DNA of 32,000 bases, taken from contig JAJRZD010000082.1 of NCBI GenBank assembly GCA_024275415.1, positions 51,731 to 83,730 on the forward strand, in the 5' to 3' direction. The DNA is from an archaeon. GTDB lineage: Archaea; Asgardarchaeota; Thorarchaeia; Thorarchaeales; Thorarchaeaceae. Below are positions 27,060 to 32,000 of the stretch, piece after piece; position 1 is the stretch's first letter; each line of letters starts with the position of its first letter. The notes under the pieces are model-generated. The model was not told the DNA's origin. It searched no databases and saw nothing but the letters and a program-made list of their open reading frames with translations. The translations under genes were made by a program, and so were the position numbers.

Positions 27060-30000
27060 TTGACCGAAGAGCCTGATAGAGGAAACAACGAGCAAGAAGG
27101 AAAGCAAGATGTTCCTGAAGCAAAGGAAGAAGATGGGACTCGAAAGCCAGACGAGCAGACCCAGATGCTGGAGATTGCTGATGATGAGCTCGAAATTTAT
27201 TCGCTGATCATAGCTTATGGCAATGCCACCATTGGAGACCTCCACCTGTTGAGTAAAGGGAAATCCTTGGACGATCTTGAGAACATCATTGAAAAGCTGA
27301 AATCAAAGAACATGATCATCGAGCTTCCTGGCATCATCCCGCGATACCATGTTGTACCACCATTCGAAGGACTTGCGAAAGAAGTATCAGAGGTCACAGA
27401 ACGCATCGACGAACTGAAAAGACAGCTTATAGAGCAAATTCGGACTGCGGCATCCAATGTCCGAAACGAGCTTGTGACAATTGCCAACAACAGCCTGCAA
27501 TCCATAGAGGAACACCATGCATCAGTCAAGCAGACAAAGACCGCAGCTACTCGTGCGGTAGATTCCTCAGTCGAAACATTGCAGGCCATCAAGGAAGATG
27601 CTGAGCAGAAGTTTGTTTCATCTCTGGGAGATATCCAGTCAAACTGGAAGAATAAGACAAGTCAGATCATCCAGACCTCACAGGAGGGTCTCAAAGGAAT
27701 CCTTGACTCGTCAGGTGAAAAGATGAAGGAACTCATGTCTGAGAACAAGACCGCCTCAGAGAACCTTGCAGCAACGATGAGAACAGACTTGGTGAACTCG
27801 CTCTCGAACCTTCAGACCAACACGGTTTCTAAGGTGAAAAATCAGGCATCTTCTATGGACACATTGCTCAATGGAGAACTAGAGTCATTCAAAGGTCGGA
27901 TGGAGGAAGGAAAGCAGGGGATAATATCGTCATTGAAGCAAGTCGGACAAACCGTTGACAGCTCCCTTGGGAAGATCTCTCAGGACATCCATAACTCCGG
28001 ATCACAGACGGAATCAGAGGCGATTGCTGCGATGGATACCGCAGTGTCTACAATAAAGGAAGAGGTTTCCTCTGTCGGTTCGAGGCTTAATGAAGCAATA
28101 GATGACCATACAAGAAAGTCAGATGGACTACTACAGGAACACTCCAATTCGCTTGATAGTGCGTTGGAACAACTGGATTCAGTGCATTCCTCGACAATTG
28201 GCGAATTGAAAGAATCGCATTCCCAAGCACTTGATGGTTTTGCAGCCGAAACAAGGTCGCATATGAGTTCGATGTCACAACGTGTGTCGGAATTCGAAGG
28301 GAGTACAAAATCGCTTCTTGATTCCACCTCACAGTCGCTGAGCGCCATCGGAAGAAGGTCGCTTCAAGAGTTCCACAACACCACAAGCGAATACTCGACA
28401 GAAGTAGCTCAAGACACACAGTCGATCATCACTATCAGAAAAGAGCATCTAGAGAAGACTTTCAGCGATCTGCTTGTCAAGATTCAAAACACATTGACAG
28501 AAGAGATGAAGGGCATCTCCACCTCGCTAGACGAGCTGTCCGTCAAGATAGCGTCCAGTCACAAGGGAATGCTCTCATCCCTAGAATCGACAAGAGCGGA
28601 TTCAGAGAGGGCACTTGAAGAAAAGCTGGCGGAGGCAAACGAGTCAGCTGCAAACAGCCTCGCGCAGACTCGTAGTACATTGGATAACTCGATAAAGGAA
28701 ATCGAAGCTGGGCTCGTCCAGACAATTGACAACGCAAAAGCATCGACTGTTTCTGCAACCAACAGGTTGGAACAGGCACTCGGACAAGCATCAAACACAA
28801 TGAAGGCATCAAGGGATTCATTCATCGAAGCCACAAGGACATCTCAAAACGAGCTGAGCGAGAGCTTCTCAGCAAACGTGTCCAGTATTGTTTCAGAAGG
28901 AAACCAGAAGCTAAACAATGTCAAAGAAACCGCTGAGTCGAATCTCAAACAATCATTCAACGAGTCACTAGACCGTTTCAATGCAGACATACAAAATGCA
29001 AAGAGTTCGATGGCTGAAACAGTCCAATCCGGTTCTGGTGAGATAAGTTCGGCCTTTGCCTCTTCGGTGGAGTCTTTTGAGGGAACGATTGCTGAACTGA
29101 AAAGCAGCGTGTCTACAATGACGCAATCAATCGAATCCGACATGGGGTCGTTTGAGAGGGATGCATCAGCAAAAGTTGAAGAGCTGGTTTCAGCACAGAC
29201 AGCCGCCAACGACGCATCTCTAGAAAGAGCCGTTCAAAAGGTAGATAACACTATCAATGAGGCGTTCTCAAACATCCAGTCAGCAAATGAAGAACTGTCA
29301 AGATCTGCTGAGTCCGCATCTGATGAACTGGGCAAGTCTGCCACTGAGCTATTCTCTCAGTCCATGCAGACCGGAACGGGAGAACTTGAGGGGCTCACGA
29401 AGAAAATCAAGGCAAATATCAGCAAGAGCTATAAAGACTTAGAAGGACTTGCTAACTCCATCAAAGACTCGCTTGCGGCTTCTGTAGGCGAATTGGAGTC
29501 CAACCCTATGATAGGATTGACGGAGGAAACCCTTGCTACGGCATTCCCATCTGATGGTGAGAGTGCTATCCTGTCAAAGCAGATTGCTGAGAACCTCACC
29601 GAAATCTGGCGGAAGGTTCAAGCAAGCGACTTCCCGGGAGCTCGAAAGACATGGACAGTGGTCACACGGAAGGCGGTCAACGCACACATCATAGATATGC
29701 TCGAGCGTGCCAAGTCCAAGGTCACCCTCATCATTCCTGAAGCAAGTGATGTGCCAACCGATGTATTAGCCAAACTAAAGACTACCACAGGTGTTGAGCT
29801 TGTGGTGACCGAAAGCGGTATGCTCAAACAGGCTGTCAAACCTCTTGTCGGTCGTGGGAACATCAGGATTAGAGGTAGAAGCGAAAAAGATGTCTTTGCC
29901 TGTGTGAGGGACAGTGAGGAAGTTCTCATGGCGCCAGCAGCCACACGGGACGAAGATGTGATTGGTGTCGTGTCCGAGGACGATGGCTTCGTCAAATTCG

Positions 30001-30068
30001 TGATGAGCATCATCGGCCCGATATTCCAAGCTAAGACTAGGCTCCTCAAAGCTACAGATCTAGCATAA
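27060..30068 (+). CDS. TrmB-like wHTH + very long apolipoprotein-like/coiled-coil region + TrmB-like C-terminal domain (1002 aa)
   Basis: N-terminal ELEIYSLII..GNATIGDL...IEKLKSKNMI....PRYHVVPP. No proline between P101 and P816. C-terminal WTVVTRKAVNAHIIDMLERAKSKVTLIIP...VRDSEEVLMAP...GVVSED. TTG start after GGAGTG. Confidence 0.8.
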   Translation: MTEEPDRGNNEQEGKQDVPEAKEEDGTRKPDEQTQMLEIADDELEIYSLIIAYGNATIGDLHLLSKGKSLDDLENIIEKLKSKNMIIELPGIIPRYHVVPPFEGLAKEVSEVTERIDELKRQLIEQIRTAASNVRNELVTIANNSLQSIEEHHASVKQTKTAATRAVDSSVETLQAIKEDAEQKFVSSLGDIQSNWKNKTSQIIQTSQEGLKGILDSSGEKMKELMSENKTASENLAATMRTDLVNSLSNLQTNTVSKVKNQASSMDTLLNGELESFKGRMEEGKQGIISSLKQVGQTVDSSLGKISQDIHNSGSQTESEAIAAMDTAVSTIKEEVSSVGSRLNEAIDDHTRKSDGLLQEHSNSLDSALEQLDSVHSSTIGELKESHSQALDGFAAETRSHMSSMSQRVSEFEGSTKSLLDSTSQSLSAIGRRSLQEFHNTTSEYSTEVAQDTQSIITIRKEHLEKTFSDLLVKIQNTLTEEMKGISTSLDELSVKIASSHKGMLSSLESTRADSERALEEKLAEANESAANSLAQTRSTLDNSIKEIEAGLVQTIDNAKASTVSATNRLEQALGQASNTMKASRDSFIEATRTSQNELSESFSANVSSIVSEGNQKLNNVKETAESNLKQSFNESLDRFNADIQNAKSSMAETVQSGSGEISSAFASSVESFEGTIAELKSSVSTMTQSIESDMGSFERDASAKVEELVSAQTAANDASLERAVQKVDNTINEAFSNIQSANEELSRSAESASDELGKSATELFSQSMQTGTGELEGLTKKIKANISKSYKDLEGLANSIKDSLAASVGELESNPMIGLTEETLATAFPSDGESAILSKQIAENLTEIWRKVQASDFPGARKTWTVVTRKAVNAHIIDMLERAKSKVTLIIPEASDVPTDVLAKLKTTTGVELVVTESGMLKQAVKPLVGRGNIRIRGRSEKDVFACVRDSEEVLMAPAATRDEDVIGVVSEDDGFVKFVMSIIGPIFQAKTRLLKATDLA

Positions 30069-30080
30069 TAAAAACAAGTC

Positions 30081-30111
30081 AGTGGTGGCCTGCAATAGCA
30101 GTGCTACCACT
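30081..30111 (-). terminator. Hairpin between convergent genes, most likely the terminator of the zf-PARP gene
   Basis: AGTGGTGGC-CTGC-AATA-GCAG-T-GCTACCACT; on the minus strand it is followed by GACTTGTTTT. Confidence 0.55.
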
Positions 30112-30136
30112 ACAAAAGAAACGGAGGAAATTGCAT

Positions 30137-30823
30137 TCACTCCCAGAGGAGTGCTTGCACTTCCTGCTGGTGTTCGACCTCCAAATCATCGAAACCCTTC
30201 AGCCTCTCTCTTGGGATTCCCCAAATCTTGTCAGAGATACAGGTGATGTGATGCCATTTATACGTCAAGTGATCCTGAAAGAACGAAGGCTCACCAGCTC
30301 GAAGTACGCCTTTGTCAATTCGTTCATAGCAGGACCTGCAAGTGGATCTGCTTGATTTTGCTGGCTCAATCAACCAGTCCTCTTGGGGGACATATCCGGT
30401 TCGGGACGGAGGATCTAATGTTGCCAAGAAATCTTCAACATCTTGACCGACTGCCTGTGGTGTCATTTTGATGGTAAAAATATCATAATCAGAGGGAGAG
30501 TATGTCAAGTCCACAGACCCGTTCTTGTACGATTTCTTGAATTCAGTATTGGGCGGATATCGACCGGTTTCGCGCATGAAAAAGAGCATCTTCTTAGCCA
30601 AGTAGTTCGAAGCCTCTTTTTTTCCGTCCACAGAATTCAGACCATCATCATGTGCAATACTATATTTCGTGACAACAAAAGTCATTCCGAGATCGTTCGT
30701 TTCACGTCCCTTCTCAAGAACCAGTGAGCCGACTGGGACTTTCGTTTTCGCACTGCGAAACGAGAAAGTTTCAGTATCAATGACATATGCCCAGTCCAAC
30801 TCACATTGAATGAATTCTGTCAA
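30137..30823 (-). CDS. Protein with a C-terminal PARP-type zinc finger and an unknown N-terminal domain (about 228 aa)
   Basis: IEPAKSSRSTCRSCYERIDKGVLRAG...KWHHITC matches E.AKS.R..C..C...I.K...R.G...WxHxxC. Start placed at TTG 30823 after GAGG; the ORF track starts at 30892. Confidence 0.8.
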   Translation of the reverse strand: MTEFIQCELDWAYVIDTETFSFRSAKTKVPVGSLVLEKGRETNDLGMTFVVTKYSIAHDDGLNSVDGKKEASNYLAKKMLFFMRETGRYPPNTEFKKSYKNGSVDLTYSPSDYDIFTIKMTPQAVGQDVEDFLATLDPPSRTGYVPQEDWLIEPAKSSRSTCRSCYERIDKGVLRAGEPSFFQDHLTYKWHHITCISDKIWGIPRERLKGFDDLEVEHQQEVQALLWE

Positions 30824-30928
30824 TGCAACATGCCTCAGATATGTTTGAGTAGCAATGGTATATAAAAGCCACGAAGACTGGTTGAACCGCACCGATGCAA
30901 ATCATTTTATGTGACCAAAGAACGGCAG

Positions 30929-32000
30929 ATGTCGATGCCAATGGTGAATCGTAATGAGGTTTCCAGAGCTGCTGGACTGTCCGTCATCGCCGCAATTTTT
31001 CTGACTTCGATAAAGCTTGTAGTGGGAATCCTTACTAATTCTCTTGGGATTATTTCAGAGGCATTGCATAGTGGACTTGATCTCATGGCTGCGGGTATCA
31101 CGTTCATTGCAGTGCATCGGGCTGCAAAGGCTCCAGACCAAGACCATCCATATGGTCACGGAAAAATCGAAAACTTTGCGGCATTGGCAGAAACTGTCAT
31201 CCTCTGGATAACTGCACTCTGGATCATCTCAGAGGCATGGAATCGTATCATTCATCAGGAGTGGCCAGAAGCAAACATCATCGGCGTAATAGTAATGGTG
31301 ATTAGCATCATTGTGGATTATGAACGGAGCAAGATACTCTATCGCGTCGCTGAAGAACATTCTAGCCAAGCATTGGAAGCAGATGCACTTCATTTTCATA
31401 CTGATATGTATTCATCAGCTGTGGTATTGATTGGACTGGGACTTGTCTGGATAGGTTTCCCAATTGGGGATGCTCTGGCTGCGATTGGTGTTGCCATCGT
31501 AATATTCATTGCTTCATTCCGTCTGAGCAAGGAGGCTTATAGCGTCCTAATTGACGCAGCGCCAAGGGATATCGAGGTTTCAATAAGAGATATGGTGCAG
31601 TCGATTCCTGGAGTTATCACATTACAAAGAGTTCGTGCTCGTTCTTCAGGCCCAAACCTCTTTGTTGACCTAGTAGTACAGGTGAATGCATCGACCTCAG
31701 TAGATGATGCTCATAGCATCGCAAGTCTCATCGAAAACAGGATTTCACATCTTGCCAAGAATGTTGATTGTGTAGTTCACATTGAGCCAAAAACCCATTC
31801 TGTCCCTCACGAACGAAACGACCGGATCTTCACAAAACTGCTTGAGATTGCTAAGGCACACCCAAAGGTAGACAGTGTCCATAATGTTCGCATTCTCCAT
31901 CTTCAGAACGGGCTCCATATCCTAGCGGATCTAGAGATGCCCTCAGACATGACCGTCAGGGACGCCCATGAGGTCTCAGAGGAGTTCGAGGAATTGGTAA
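30929..32000 (+). CDS. Cation diffusion facilitator (FieF-like) metal transporter with tandem C-terminal dimerisation domains (partial; runs off the window end)
   Basis: KLVVGILTNSLGIISEALHSGLD...PDQDHPYGHGKIE...ALEADALHFHTD...GDALAAI...FVDLVVQV...AHSIA...VVHIEP, then a second ADLEMP...DAHEVS. Open to 32000 and absent from the ORF track. Confidence 0.93.
   Translation, partial: MSMPMVNRNEVSRAAGLSVIAAIFLTSIKLVVGILTNSLGIISEALHSGLDLMAAGITFIAVHRAAKAPDQDHPYGHGKIENFAALAETVILWITALWIISEAWNRIIHQEWPEANIIGVIVMVISIIVDYERSKILYRVAEEHSSQALEADALHFHTDMYSSAVVLIGLGLVWIGFPIGDALAAIGVAIVIFIASFRLSKEAYSVLIDAAPRDIEVSIRDMVQSIPGVITLQRVRARSSGPNLFVDLVVQVNASTSVDDAHSIASLIENRISHLAKNVDCVVHIEPKTHSVPHERNDRIFTKLLEIAKAHPKVDSVHNVRILHLQNGLHILADLEMPSDMTVRDAHEVSEEFEELV

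Noticed and set aside
27215-30049. Minus-strand Ser-rich ORFs within the 1002-aa gene; SMC annotation for that gene
   Set aside because: The ORFs are antisense shadows. The protein has no Walker A/B motifs or hinge, so it is not an SMC ATPase.

Overview
Archaeal chromosomal window. An Asgard (Thorarchaeia-like) origin is inferred from the archaeal/eukaryote-type TyrRS, GGTGA/GGAGG ribosome-binding sites, TATA-like promoters and TrmB-family proteins; no search was run. From left to right: (1) the 5' part of tyrS, which the ORF track misses. (2) A plasticity/defence zone at about 0.9-8.7 kb. It holds two decayed copies of an ABC-ATPase + DUF4276 (TOPRIM-like) pair, a B12-binding-domain remnant, an intact membrane-anchored DUF4091/GH123-like gene, an aldo-keto reductase, and an AT-rich KpnI-like type II R-M cassette with a winged-helix gene in the controller position. 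(3) A TrmB-MEDS regulator and a small wHTH gene. (4) A 14.5-kb, tightly coupled two-gene unit encoding giant membrane-anchored surface proteins: 2182 aa with about 26 TSP3-like Ca-binding repeats plus a large uncharacterised amphipathic region, and about 2641 aa with about 29 FG-GAP-like repeats. (5) An AT-rich orphan gene. (6) A TrmB-like protein whose two domains are separated by 714 proline-free helical residues. (7) A PARP-type zinc-finger protein. (8) The 5' part of a CDF metal transporter. No rRNA, tRNA, CRISPR array or intact transposase was seen. Family assignments rest on motif recognition from memory.
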